Source: a virus. Taken from it: 64,000 nt of DNA. Within the stretch, counting starts at the first letter, position 1. The number at the start of each line of letters is the position of its first letter. The translations under genes and the position numbers were made by a program. The DNA lies in the IMG/VR virus record IMGVR_UViG_3300046694_000315, positions 42,047-106,046 of that record. One strand, written 5' to 3'. Under the pieces are notes generated by a model. It saw only the letters and a list, made by a program, of their open reading frames with translations. It did no database searches and was not told the DNA's origin. Positions 1 through 8,776 of the stretch are shown here, piece by piece.

Positions 1-128
1 TGCAACAGCGTGCGGCCGACCTTCACGACGGTCACCTCCTCGGGCGTCTGCTCCTTCTCGCGGGCGCCTCCCATCCGCGTCAGCAGCAGCAGCGTGTCCC
101 CGACCTTCACACCCTCAAGACCCGGCAT
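1..128 (-). CDS. hypothetical protein, N-terminal part (runs off window)
   Basis: ATG at 128 preceded by GGGGAG SD; reads MPGLEGVKVGDTLLLL...; promoter directly upstream. Confidence 0.6.
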   Translation of the reverse strand, partial: MPGLEGVKVGDTLLLLTRMGGAREKEQTPEEVTVVKVGRTLL

Positions 129-164
129 CTCAACTCCCCTTCCGTCGTTCTCAATTACGGGATA

Positions 165-193
165 AGACTATGCGCTACCCGACCCCATGTCAA
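165..193 (-). promoter_or_regulatory. sigma70/HrdB-type promoter
   Basis: TTGACA(193-188)-17bp-TAGTCT(170-165). Confidence 0.7.
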
Positions 194-215
194 GCACTTT
201 CATACACTCGCTTGC

Positions 216-464
216 GTGGCAGGAACCGCTGGTTCCGCTTACTCTCAAATCATGCCGAACCTGCGCGACGCCCTGATGTGGCGTACTACCCGAGCCGCTG
301 CGCTCGCCGAAGCCAAGAAGCTGAAGGCCTCCGCCCGCCGCATGGGCTACGACGTCGTGGTGCGCAGCACCCTCCGCAGGCTGGGTCCGGACTACACCTT
401 CAAGGGCCCGCCCTACGGCCTGTTCCTCGAACCCCACAGCACCCCGGACTCCTCGGACTCCTGA
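216..464 (+). CDS. possible small hypothetical protein
   Basis: 82-aa ORF (start may be ATG 252) fitting between minus-strand genes; one of few plausible + strand genes. Confidence 0.35.
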   Translation: MAGTAGSAYSQIMPNLRDALMWRTTRAAALAEAKKLKASARRMGYDVVVRSTLRRLGPDYTFKGPPYGLFLEPHSTPDSSDS

Positions 465-468
465 TCCG

Positions 469-609
469 TCAATCCCCGGGGGTCTCGACCGTCCGCTCGA
501 CCAGCGTCTGCTCGTACTCCGGCGGCAGCTCCCCGTGCTCCTCGTAGTACCTCCGCAGCTTCTCGATGCTCTCGTCCGTCACGCCGTTCGGACCGTGCTC
601 AATCTCCAT
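469..609 (-). CDS. small acidic hypothetical protein
   Basis: ATG 609 after GGGAGG; MEIEHGPNGVTDESIEKLRRYYEEH. Confidence 0.55.
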   Translation of the reverse strand: MEIEHGPNGVTDESIEKLRRYYEEHGELPPEYEQTLVERTVETPGD

Positions 610-803
610 GCCGACCTCCCTTGAGTCGGTCAATCCTCCCACTCCCCCCGTGCCCCAATTCCCCAATTCCCCGAATCCCCCGGCCACTGTGACACTGTCC
701 GGTTCCTACATTCGGTGCGCTGCGCGGCTGTCCGGGCCCCCTAGGTCTGGAATTTATGCGTTTAAGGGTAGGGGGGTGCATATTTATTCATTTGCCAGCA
801 CAC

Positions 804-821
804 TTGACAGCCCTTTGTCAA
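804..821. promoter_or_regulatory. inverted repeat TTGACA-N6-TGTCAA (operator or back-to-back -35 elements)
   Basis: TTGACA 804-809, TGTCAA 816-821 in an AT-richer non-coding stretch. Confidence 0.45.
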
Positions 822-1104
822 CTCGGACACATGGGGCACACCCTAGGCATCGCGCTTCTGACCAGTATCTGCACCCTTCACCCCTGGAGTGAGGTACGTC
901 ACAATGGGGCGCAGCGTGGCCCTATGCACACGGCCGGGCATCTGTCAATAGGCAGTTTCTATGCATGCCTATTCAGCGTTATTCATGCGCGGCCACTGCC
1001 CTATTCACCGAATTGCGCCCCTGTTTATATGTCCCGAGATATGGAGAGCGGGGCGCGGCTGTAGCAACTCGACAACCAGGGGGCCGGAGAGTTTCACGGC
1101 ATTG

Positions 1105-1143
1105 GGTGTGCGGTCGCATGGTGTGAGGTCGCATGGTGTGAGG
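1105..1143. repeat. 15-bp tandem repeat GGTGTG(C/A)GGTCGCAT x2.5
   Basis: read directly from sequence. Confidence 0.8.
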
Positions 1144-1527
1144 GGTTGACGTAGCTGTGTCTCATGTGCAGTAGCCAGCAGTGGGGAGCCTTCCCCCGGC
1201 CCCGGATCCCTCGCCTGTTGTCGGCGGCGGGCGCATGCTGGAGGGGTGAGCATCGGCATGTCGTGGGGCGCGCTAGAGCACGGGCAGGCGTGGGGAGAGT
1301 TCCCGGACGTTGAACACTGCGCGCGGGCGCTGAACAGCTCTCTACGGCGCACGCTGGGCAGGATGCCGCCAGGGTGGCGGGGGTGCTACCTCAAACACTC
1401 GGTGCACTCCCTGCGCGTCGCCATGTGCACGGAGGGACTGCACGCGGTGGCGCACGGGCGTGCGTGGCGGGGGGAGGCTGGCGGGGTCTGGGTGCGCCTG
1501 TATCCACGTGGTGGAGGCAAACACGAG

Positions 1528-1564
1528 AAACCCCCCACCGGCCCGGTATTGGGTCGGTGGGGGG
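1528..1564 (-). terminator. intrinsic terminator ending the early-gene region
   Basis: stem CCCCCCACCGGCCC / GGGTCGGTGGGGGG followed on minus strand by TTTCTCGTGTTT. Confidence 0.7.
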
Positions 1565-1590
1565 CTGCGTAGGGCCCTGGTGGGGTTAGC

Positions 1591-2001
1591 TCAGAAGCCG
1601 GAGCCGGGGACGCGCTTACGGGCCAGGTCGACGAACGCGCGCACGGCGTCCCGGTCGGCCACGTCGGGGGTGTCGACGTCCCACACGAGCGCGTACCGCT
1701 TGACCTCCCACGCGAGCGCGGACGTGACGTAGGGGTACGTGGTGCCGGTGGCCTCCCACTCCTCCAGGAGCGCGGAGCGGGCGGTGTGGGGGTTCATGAC
1801 GGGGCAGTCCATGACCGTGTGCGAGTCGGTGACGCTCCGCGCGGAGGGGGCGGGCGTCTCCACCTTGGGGCGGCGGTCGGCGGGCTCACCCTGGGCGACG
1901 GGGAAGGCTGCGCCAGCACGGCCGACGGTGACGCGGGCGGGGTCGGCGAACCGGGCGCGCTGCGTGCGGTAGGCCTTGACGGAGTGGCGGGCGGTGCTCA
2001 T
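1591..2001 (-). CDS. hypothetical protein
   Basis: 136-aa ORF with AGGAGG SD. Confidence 0.7.
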   Translation of the reverse strand: MSTARHSVKAYRTQRARFADPARVTVGRAGAAFPVAQGEPADRRPKVETPAPSARSVTDSHTVMDCPVMNPHTARSALLEEWEATGTTYPYVTSALAWEVKRYALVWDVDTPDVADRDAVRAFVDLARKRVPGSGF

Positions 2002-2040
2002 TCGGGGTGCCTCCTGATGCGGTGCGGCTGGTGTGGTCGG

Positions 2041-2373
2041 TCAGTGCTGCGGGCGGCGGATCATGGTTTCCTGTGTGCCGTAGTCGCGGGTGCGGCCCTT
2101 GTTGGGCGCGAATCCGAACCGGCCGTAGAAGCGGCGCAGGCGGGCCACGCTGCCGCCAAAATCGGCGCTGGGCGTAGTGGCCAGGGGCAGGCCGTGCGCG
2201 TCGGCGTAGGCGGCCAGCGTGGCCATAACGGCGGAGCCGGTGCCGTCGTTGCGCTCACCCTTGGGGACGACCAGCCGGGACAGGATCACGAACCCGGCCG
2301 CGTTGGTCTCCAGGGAGACGCGGACGCCGGGGAAGGTGTCGGCGATGTGCTGGGCGAGGGTGTCGACGCTCAC
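2041..2373 (-). CDS. GNAT-family acetyltransferase
   Basis: GTG 2373 after leader and AGGAGG; LVVPKGERNDGTGSAVM (acetyl-CoA motif A) and LRRFYGRFGF. Confidence 0.75.
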   Translation of the reverse strand: MSVDTLAQHIADTFPGVRVSLETNAAGFVILSRLVVPKGERNDGTGSAVMATLAAYADAHGLPLATTPSADFGGSVARLRRFYGRFGFAPNKGRTRDYGTQETMIRRPQH

Positions 2374-2380
2374 GGGGGTT

Positions 2381-2408
2381 GCCTCCTGGTGTGGGGCGGT
2401 TGGTGTGT
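2381..2408 (-). promoter_or_regulatory. conserved early-gene leader ACACACCAACCGCCCCACACCAGGAGGC
   Basis: identical 28-mer at 3415-3442; variants near 2009, 3763, 6649, 7711, 8693, 11416, 11807, 13017, 13976. Confidence 0.8.
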
Positions 2409-2417
2409 GGTGGGGGG

Positions 2418-2591
2418 TTAGGCGGACGGCGGAATGATCAGCTTCGCGTCGGTGACGGGGATCAGGCACTCGGGGTAGAACGGCTGGTCGTCGCGGGTGA
2501 CGTCGAGCAGGCGCAGGAACGGGCCCTCCACCTTGATTTCGGCCGCGTTCAGCCATCCCCAGTTGCCGGAATTGATCTTGTAAGCGTTCAT
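2418..2591 (-). CDS. small hypothetical protein
   Basis: ATG 2591 after AGGAGG; 57 aa MNAYKINSGNWGW. Confidence 0.65.
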   Translation of the reverse strand: MNAYKINSGNWGWLNAAEIKVEGPFLRLLDVTRDDQPFYPECLIPVTDAKLIIPPSA

Positions 2592-2665
2592 GGTGTTGCC
2601 CTCCTGGGCGGTGTGGTGGAGGGGGCCGGAGCGTTCCCCCGGCCCCCGGGGATGTGGGGCGGGTG

Positions 2666-3409
2666 CTACTCGGCGAGGCCCTGCGCGGCGTGCATGGCGG
2701 CGGCCTGCTTGAGCGTGGCGCGGTACTCGGCGAGCGTGGCCGGGCGGACCGCTTCGAAGTCGCGGGCCCACTTCGGGAGGACTGCAACCTTCTGGTCCTG
2801 GAAGACTCCACCGGCCGCGATCATCGCGTGATTCTGGCCGCGCGTCTCCGTGGCCAGCGCCTTACGGGCGAGGGGGGAGAACATCAGGGAGTGCTTGCGG
2901 TAGGCCGCTTCCTCCCCGTGGCGGTCGACGCCGCGACCGGTGCCCGCGTGGCCGAAGACGTCGTGCACGGCGCGGAACATGTCGTTCACGTCGTCGGAGA
3001 AGAAGAAGTGCGAGCCGGTAACGGCGGTGGACAGGACGCGCATTCGACCGGCGGCGACGTCGTCGAAGAACGCGCGGGTTCCCTGGGCGCTCATGTCGTA
3101 GGGGTCGGCGTCCTCGACGCTCACGGAGATGCCCAGACCGCCGCGCGACGCGGGGGCCGTCATGAACTCGAACTGTCGGGCGACTTCCTGGGCCATGGCA
3201 CGCCACGCGGCCGGGGCGGTGTTGTCGATGAACGGGAGAGCGTTGTACGCCTCCGCGACCTTGGCGACGGCCGACGGGGCGACCACAACGCGGGAGTAGT
3301 CCCAGTGGTCGCGGGTGGTGAGGCCGTGGCGGGCGTTGAAGCGGCGCGCACCTTCGGCGACGGCGACGACGGGGCGGAGGGACAGGGCGGGGATGTTGGC
3401 GGTGCGCAT
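2666..3409 (-). CDS. HDxxGH (zincin-like) domain protein of the type seen in phage polyvalent proteins
   Basis: FRAVHDVFGH...GEEAAYRKH...MFS...ATETRGQN. Confidence 0.6.
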   Translation of the reverse strand: MRTANIPALSLRPVVAVAEGARRFNARHGLTTRDHWDYSRVVVAPSAVAKVAEAYNALPFIDNTAPAAWRAMAQEVARQFEFMTAPASRGGLGISVSVEDADPYDMSAQGTRAFFDDVAAGRMRVLSTAVTGSHFFFSDDVNDMFRAVHDVFGHAGTGRGVDRHGEEAAYRKHSLMFSPLARKALATETRGQNHAMIAAGGVFQDQKVAVLPKWARDFEAVRPATLAEYRATLKQAAAMHAAQGLAE

Positions 3410-3414
3410 TGGGG

Positions 3415-3482
3415 GCCTCCTGGTGTGGGGCGGTTGGTGTGTTGTTGTGTGGCCAACGTACCCCGGGGTTACGGCTTGTAAA
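3415..3482 (-). promoter_or_regulatory. promoter plus conserved leader
   Basis: TTTACA(3482-3477)-16bp-TACGTT(3460-3455), then the 28-nt leader with AGGAGG. Confidence 0.6.
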
Positions 3483-3573
3483 GCCAGTTTCCGGGATTGC
3501 TGGACAAGTCTTTATAAAGATGTGACCTAGGGCCCTCCCCCGGCCCGCGTGGGCCGAGGGGGTGCCAGGCGGG

Positions 3574-3756
3574 CTAGAGGGTGCCGAACGACCGCACGGC
3601 CAGCACGTCCACGCCACGGGCGGCGTAGGCGGCACGTAGGGCCGTCTCGGCGTCGGCCAGGGTGGCGGCCCGCACGTTGCGGACGCTGGCCAGCGGGCGG
3701 GGTGTGGTGCTGCCCGGCCGGAGGGGGAAGAGCACTTGCAGCGCGTACGTGTGCAC
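3574..3756 (-). CDS. small hypothetical protein
   Basis: 60 aa, leader/SD at 3763. Confidence 0.6.
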   Translation of the reverse strand: MHTYALQVLFPLRPGSTTPRPLASVRNVRAATLADAETALRAAYAARGVDVLAVRSFGTL

Positions 3757-3788
3757 GGCGCGGCCTCCTGGTGTGGGGCGGGTGCTGG

Positions 3789-4766
3789 CTAGCGGGCGGT
3801 GGAGACGTTGCGGAAGTGGGGAACGGCGCGGGCGTCGGCCAGGAAGCAGGCGACGCGGGCGGGGTCGCCGTTGGGCACGTGGGCGTAGTTGATGCGCTCC
3901 CCGCTCTCCGTGGTCGCCCAGACGGTGACGGGGGCCGGGGCGGCCTCCTGGGGGGCCTCCTGGGCCTCCTGGGCCTCCTTGGCGAAGCGGCCGACGGCGT
4001 GGACGACGGTGTGAACGTCGGTCCAGTTGCGGCCGACCGTGTCGAAGTGCTCCGGGGTGCGGTCGATGCGGATCACCTCACCGGCCCCGACCGTGTCGAC
4101 GATGCCCCGGCAGTACTGCTCGGCGGAGCCGTTCGTGCGGCGGAACTCCGCATCGGCGTACGGGCCCACGACGTGCCCGGCGTGGTTGCGGTAGCTCCAG
4201 AGAGTGCGGTACTCGGCGGCCCACACGTACCCGGTCACGTACTGACGCACGAACGCGAGAAGGTCGGCGCTGCCTTCAATGCCAGCGGGCATGTCCCCGT
4301 CGTAAATCGTCTCGGTGCCAAGGAAGACGTACAGGTCACGCCCGCCGTTCTCCACGATGGCGGAGACGCGGCGGCCGTCCCGGTACATCGGGTGCGCCGT
4401 GGCCAGCGAGCGTGCGCCTTCCTCGTTCGGGTAGTACGTGGCGTCATCCGGGCGGGCCTGCTCCTCGGCGGCGAGGGCGTCCTCCTCGGCCGCAGCCGCA
4501 ACGATGCTCGCGACGGTGTCCAGTCGGGGCAGGTAGTCCGGCAGGTCGGTGATAGCGCGGACGGTGTACCCGGCGCGGGTGAGCACGTGCTGTCCTTCGA
4601 TCTCCTCGGCCAGGCCCAGGCGGACCAGGGACGCGACGGTGTTCGTGCGGGCGCTGATGACCATGTGACCGCGCAGGGCGTCCGTGGGGCGCAGCAGCTC
4701 TTCCGGCAGCTCTTCCGCGTTGCGGAGGGCGATGGCCTGCGGGCGGGTGATCGTCTTGTTGTTCAT
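3789..4766 (-). CDS. hypothetical protein
   Basis: 325-aa ORF, AAGGAG SD, TTGACA promoter at 4833-4828. Confidence 0.8.
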   Translation of the reverse strand: MNNKTITRPQAIALRNAEELPEELLRPTDALRGHMVISARTNTVASLVRLGLAEEIEGQHVLTRAGYTVRAITDLPDYLPRLDTVASIVAAAAEEDALAAEEQARPDDATYYPNEEGARSLATAHPMYRDGRRVSAIVENGGRDLYVFLGTETIYDGDMPAGIEGSADLLAFVRQYVTGYVWAAEYRTLWSYRNHAGHVVGPYADAEFRRTNGSAEQYCRGIVDTVGAGEVIRIDRTPEHFDTVGRNWTDVHTVVHAVGRFAKEAQEAQEAPQEAAPAPVTVWATTESGERINYAHVPNGDPARVACFLADARAVPHFRNVSTAR

Positions 4767-4913
4767 GTCGTGCGCTCCTTCGTGCGGGTGTGTTGGGAGG
4801 GCTGATCTTTCCGAAGGGGGGAACCCTTGTCAAGCCCTTTCGGCACAACGATTTACAAGACGTTATGAAGCTGTGACCGGCGGCCGGGGCAGGCCGTGTT
4901 CCCATGGATGCCG

Positions 4914-4954
4914 AAGGGCCCCCACCGGCCAGCGGTACGCGGTGGGGGCCTTTT
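4914..4954. terminator. intrinsic terminator (copy 1 of a duplicated element)
   Basis: GGCCCCCACCG...CGGTGGGGGCC-TTTT. Confidence 0.75.
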
Positions 4955-4966
4955 GCATGCCCGAGG

Positions 4967-6643
4967 TCAGACGGTGGGCGCGGGGGCGTCACGGCCGACG
5001 GCCAGCAGCAGACCGCCCCAACGGGCGGCACCGATGCCGTCGTTGTCCAGCCAGTCGGCACCCTCGGCGTAGGCCGTGCCGAGCAGGTCGTAGGAGTCGG
5101 CCAGGGTCATGCGCTCGACATCGTCACCGAGGCGCACCCACGCGTACTTGGAATCCATCACCGCGCGGAACCGGCTTTCCTCCTCGGCGTTCTCCGCCAT
5201 GAGCCGGACGATTCCGACCGCTCCACCGTCGAAGTACTCCAGCGGATTCCGGCCGTCGTTGCGGCTGTTGTCCGCCGCAGAATCCGACTCGCTGTTCTGC
5301 GGGGCCTCCTCGGCGATTTCCGGGGCAATCTCCTCGACGACGGGCGCGGGGGCCGGGGTCTCCTCGACGGGGGCCGGGGCGGGCGTCTCCGCCTTCTTGC
5401 GGGGGGTGCGCGGCTTCTTGGCCGGGTCGATCTCGTAGGCCTTGGGCTCCGGCACGGCGGTCTCAACCAGGGTGCAGCGGGTGAGGACGGTGGCCTTGAT
5501 GCCCTTGTACTCGTCGTGCTCCTTGACCGTGCCACGGAAGGTGACGCGCACGCCCGTGTTCTCGCCGAGGGCGTTGTTGGACGCGAACCACTTCACGATG
5601 ACGCCGGACAGTTCGTCGCGGACCTGGTAGATGGTGGTCGCGCCGTACAGGCCGTCGGTGTAGCGGATGGACTCGATCATGCCGGTGAAGGTGATCCGGG
5701 AGCCCTTGATGCCCTTGGCCTTGTCGGGCACGGTGCCGATCCACTCGGAGGGCTTCTCGTTGCGCGCCTTACGGATCAGGGTCTGCTCGTTGAAGCGGGC
5801 CCAGGCCTGCGGAGCGCTCACGAGGATGCCGAAGTTGCGCGAGGAGACGCGCTTGCCGCCAGCGATGGCCTTCAGGTTGAGGACGTACTCAGACGTGCCG
5901 CTGAAGTCGTCGGAGAGGATGAACGCGCGGATCTCGGCGGCCTTGCCCTTGGCCTCGGCAGCGAGCGGGCGCATGGCGTCGGCGAACTCCTTGTCGCGGC
6001 GGGCCTTGCCGGGGTTGATGGCGTTGCGCACGAGCGTCACGGTGGGGGTGGCGTGGTAGTCCTGGGAGCGGACGAAGCCGAAGGCCTTGACGCACGCCCA
6101 GGCGTAGGCGAGGACGGTCTCGGTGGACACGTCGCGGTCGCCTCCGCCGAAGCCGAAGAACTCCTTCTCCTCGTCGTCGTCGGCGGGGGTGGAGGGCCAC
6201 GAGATGCCGGTATCCCAGCCGAGGAAGTCCTTGATGCACTGGCGGCCGATCTGCTTCTCCTCGCCGGTCTCCTCGTTCTTGACGAGGAAGGTCTCGCGGC
6301 GCATGCGCTTCTTCTGGCAGTGGTCGCACCAGCCCTCGCGCAGGCCGTCGCGGTCGACGGAGTGGACGCCGGGCGCGGTGCGTACGATCAGGCCCGCGTT
6401 CTCGTCCCAGTCCAGGGTGGCGAGGAAGGTCCAGCCGTTGTGCTTGGGGGCCTCGCCCGTGAACTCGACGTCGTACATGATCTCGACGACCTCGAAGCCC
6501 ATGTCGTCCTTGCTCTTGACCTCGACCTCGGTGACCTTCAGGTCCAGGCGGCCGGTCAGTCCCTTCTTCGACGCGCGGGCGTTGATCTTCTCGATCTTCT
6601 CCAGCGTGTTGGTGAGCTGGAAGTGGTCGATGCGAGCAGTCAC
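4967..6643 (-). CDS. phage protein with CxxC motif and probable OB-fold-like region
   Basis: 558 aa; CDHC...IGRQC; beta-rich segment VKWFAS...FRGTVKEHDEYKGIKATVLTR. Confidence 0.75.
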   Translation of the reverse strand: MTARIDHFQLTNTLEKIEKINARASKKGLTGRLDLKVTEVEVKSKDDMGFEVVEIMYDVEFTGEAPKHNGWTFLATLDWDENAGLIVRTAPGVHSVDRDGLREGWCDHCQKKRMRRETFLVKNEETGEEKQIGRQCIKDFLGWDTGISWPSTPADDDEEKEFFGFGGGDRDVSTETVLAYAWACVKAFGFVRSQDYHATPTVTLVRNAINPGKARRDKEFADAMRPLAAEAKGKAAEIRAFILSDDFSGTSEYVLNLKAIAGGKRVSSRNFGILVSAPQAWARFNEQTLIRKARNEKPSEWIGTVPDKAKGIKGSRITFTGMIESIRYTDGLYGATTIYQVRDELSGVIVKWFASNNALGENTGVRVTFRGTVKEHDEYKGIKATVLTRCTLVETAVPEPKAYEIDPAKKPRTPRKKAETPAPAPVEETPAPAPVVEEIAPEIAEEAPQNSESDSAADNSRNDGRNPLEYFDGGAVGIVRLMAENAEEESRFRAVMDSKYAWVRLGDDVERMTLADSYDLLGTAYAEGADWLDNDGIGAARWGGLLLAVGRDAPAPTV

Positions 6644-6682
6644 GGGGGGCCTCCTGTTGCGGGGCGGTTGTTGACGGGCACG

Positions 6683-6711
6683 ACGTTACGGGTACGCATA
6701 CCGCTTGTCAA
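6683..6711 (-). promoter_or_regulatory. sigma70/HrdB-type promoter
   Basis: TTGACA-17bp-TAACGT. Confidence 0.75.
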
Positions 6712-6755
6712 CCGCTTCCGCTCAACGGCTTTCCATGCTTCTATTTGCGGACACG

Positions 6756-6796
6756 AAAGGCCCCCACCGGCCAGCTCGACACGGTGGGGGCCTTTT
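6756..6796. terminator. intrinsic terminator (copy 2)
   Basis: AAAGGCCCCCACCG / CGGTGGGGGCCTTT. Confidence 0.8.
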
Positions 6797-6809
6797 GCAT
6801 GCCCGGGGA

Positions 6810-7301
6810 CTACTCGACCCGATACAGCGACCCGCTGATGTTGCGGCGCACGAGGCGTTGCAGGTGACGCCAGCCGGTGATCCTGTCCTGCGGGGCAGGG
6901 ACGGCGTGGGCGGCCTCCCACACCGTCTGAGTGCGCCGGGCCAGCGCGGACCACTGGTTTGCGTCGATCAGCGGAGCGCAGTCCGGGCAGGCGGCCCAGT
7001 CATCCTTGTAGGCCTGCATCCGACCGGTCCTCGGGTCGATCCCGGCGAGAAATTCCGACACGGGCAGGAACCAGATTTCCGTCTCCAGATCCGTGTTGCA
7101 GAAGTCGCAGCGGCCCAGCAGTTTTCCGGTTTTCGCGTTGACCGGAACCGCCTTATGGCCCACCAGCGAATCCTGCGCGAAGTGCTCCCAGGATTCCGAT
7201 CCGTCCTTGGCCTTGATGAACGCCAGCGCCCGGTGGCAGATCTTGCAGACCATGCTCTCGTCGGGCGCGGTGTCCAGCATCCGCCGCTCTTCCTCGGTCA
7301 C
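6810..7301 (-). CDS. Cys-rich hypothetical protein
   Basis: GTG 7301 overlapping upstream stop; three CxxC motifs. Confidence 0.7.
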   Translation of the reverse strand: MTEEERRMLDTAPDESMVCKICHRALAFIKAKDGSESWEHFAQDSLVGHKAVPVNAKTGKLLGRCDFCNTDLETEIWFLPVSEFLAGIDPRTGRMQAYKDDWAACPDCAPLIDANQWSALARRTQTVWEAAHAVPAPQDRITGWRHLQRLVRRNISGSLYRVE

Positions 7302-7705
7302 CGGGTGATCTCCTGGCCCGGCTTGAGGATGCGGAACTGGGTGCCGTCCTCGGCCATCAGCTCCTCGCCGTTCTCCATGTCGGTGATGTGCGCGGCCAGC
7401 TCGCCGTAGCGGAAGTCCCGGCGCTGCATCTCGTTGGTGAGGGCGCCCCAGGCGGCGTCGTGGCCGCTCTTCTCCGAGGTGCCCACCGTGCGCCATCCGG
7501 CGCCCTCGTGGTTGTCCTTGATCTGGGCCCAGTGCACCGGGGCGGTGCTCGGCGCGTTGTCGAGGTACCAGCTCCTGGCGTCCTGGAACAGCTTGGTCGT
7601 GAAGTCGGAGCTGTCCAGCGTCGGGAACTTCTCGCGGTGGCCGTCGATCAGCAGGGCGGAGACCTGCGCGAGGGTGAGGCTGATGTCGAACGTCGGCTCG
7701 CTCAT
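7298..7705 (-). CDS. hypothetical protein
   Basis: 135 aa, AAGGAG SD. Confidence 0.75.
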   Translation of the reverse strand: MSEPTFDISLTLAQVSALLIDGHREKFPTLDSSDFTTKLFQDARSWYLDNAPSTAPVHWAQIKDNHEGAGWRTVGTSEKSGHDAAWGALTNEMQRRDFRYGELAAHITDMENGEELMAEDGTQFRILKPGQEITR

Positions 7706-7747
7706 CGTTCGCTCCTTGTTAGGGCGGGGTGGTTGGTGACGAGGACG

Positions 7748-7776
7748 AACCTAGTCACTGCAATACGCATTGTCAA
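7748..7776 (-). promoter_or_regulatory. sigma70/HrdB-type promoter
   Basis: TTGACA-17bp-TAGGTT. Confidence 0.8.
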
Positions 7777-7790
7777 GCGATCTCGTAAAA

Positions 7791-8009
7791 CTACTTGTCA
7801 GCGGTGTACTTCCGGCGCACGATTCGGACCGGGGGCTTCTGCACGACCATGACGTCCTGGCCGGGCTTGACGGCGACGGTCTCGACGTCCGTGGCACCGT
7901 CGGCCCGGAGCTGGTCGACGCGGTGCTGGGCGCTGGCCTTGTCGTAGCCGCATACGGACACATGCCGTACGCCCGTGGTGTCGGTCCACAGGACCTTGAT
8001 GTTGATCAC
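7791..8009 (-). CDS. small hypothetical protein
   Basis: 72 aa, AGGAG SD. Confidence 0.65.
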   Translation of the reverse strand: MINIKVLWTDTTGVRHVSVCGYDKASAQHRVDQLRADGATDVETVAVKPGQDVMVVQKPPVRIVRRKYTADK

Positions 8010-8024
8010 GGAGTGCTCTCCTGC

Positions 8025-8429
8025 TCAAGTGGTCTTGGACCAGCGGGTGTTCGAGTAGCGCTGGTACTCCTCGGGGGTCAGCCGCTCCTCGATGCGGTTG
8101 TATCCCTTGGTGCCCACCTGGGTGAAGTCGATGACCCACTCCAGGCCCTCGCGGATCAATTTCTCGCGGGTGGACACACCTCTGATGATCAGGCTGTTGG
8201 CCGTCCGGTGCCCGAGCGCGTCGTGGCCGAGGAGGTCGTGCAGCTCGGTGCCAGCGCACGAGGAACAACCGGCGTCGGACACGTACTGCTGCTCGGCCAT
8301 CTGCTCGCGGATGCGCGGGGCGAGGAAGTCGAACCACATGTGGGCTTGCGCTTTGGCCTTGGGCCTGCTCCAGCCGTGCGCAACCATGTACGCGCGCAGC
8401 TCCTCGACGATCTCAGCGTCGGTGGCCAT
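8025..8429 (-). CDS. protein with RNA polymerase alpha-CTD-like domain
   Basis: LGHRTANSLIIRGVSTREKL...FTQVGTKGYNRIEERL parallels the alphaCTD pattern LSVRxxNxLxxxGIxT...NxGxKSxxEI. Confidence 0.55.
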   Translation of the reverse strand: MATDAEIVEELRAYMVAHGWSRPKAKAQAHMWFDFLAPRIREQMAEQQYVSDAGCSSCAGTELHDLLGHDALGHRTANSLIIRGVSTREKLIREGLEWVIDFTQVGTKGYNRIEERLTPEEYQRYSNTRWSKTT

Positions 8430-8442
8430 GATGTGCTCCTGC

Positions 8443-8685
8443 TCAGACAAGGGTGGTGGCGTTGGCGACGTGCGGGCAGCCCTGCGCAATGTAGTCCTGC
8501 CAACTGACAATGTTGTTCCGCGTGGCCTGGATGCGGGTCATGAACAGCCGCTGCTTGCGGGCGGTCTTCTCTCCGCGCCAGCGGCGCTCCAGGGCGGCCA
8601 GTTCGCATGTGCGCTGGGAGATCAGCTTGTCCGCTGCCTTCTGCCGGTCGGCGAGGCGGTGGGAACGGAACGGGCTGGTGGCCAT
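8443..8685 (-). CDS. small basic hypothetical protein
   Basis: 80 aa, leader/SD at 8693. Confidence 0.65.
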   Translation of the reverse strand: MATSPFRSHRLADRQKAADKLISQRTCELAALERRWRGEKTARKQRLFMTRIQATRNNIVSWQDYIAQGCPHVANATTLV

Positions 8686-8724
8686 CTGCGGCGCCTCCTG
8701 GTGTGGGGTGCTCTTGCAGGAGAA

Positions 8725-8753
8725 ACGCTAAGGGGACCGCTTGAGGTTGTCAA
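8725..8753 (-). promoter_or_regulatory. sigma70/HrdB-type promoter
   Basis: TTGACA-17bp-TAGCGT. Confidence 0.75.
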
Positions 8754-8776
8754 GCGATCCCCTGATATTGCTTGCG

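Noticed and set aside
198-205. TTTCATAC at 198 (and GTTCATAC near 14513 and 50453) as opposite-orientation motif copies
   Set aside because: Each mismatches the invariant first C; the latter two are explained by ATG-AAC codons.
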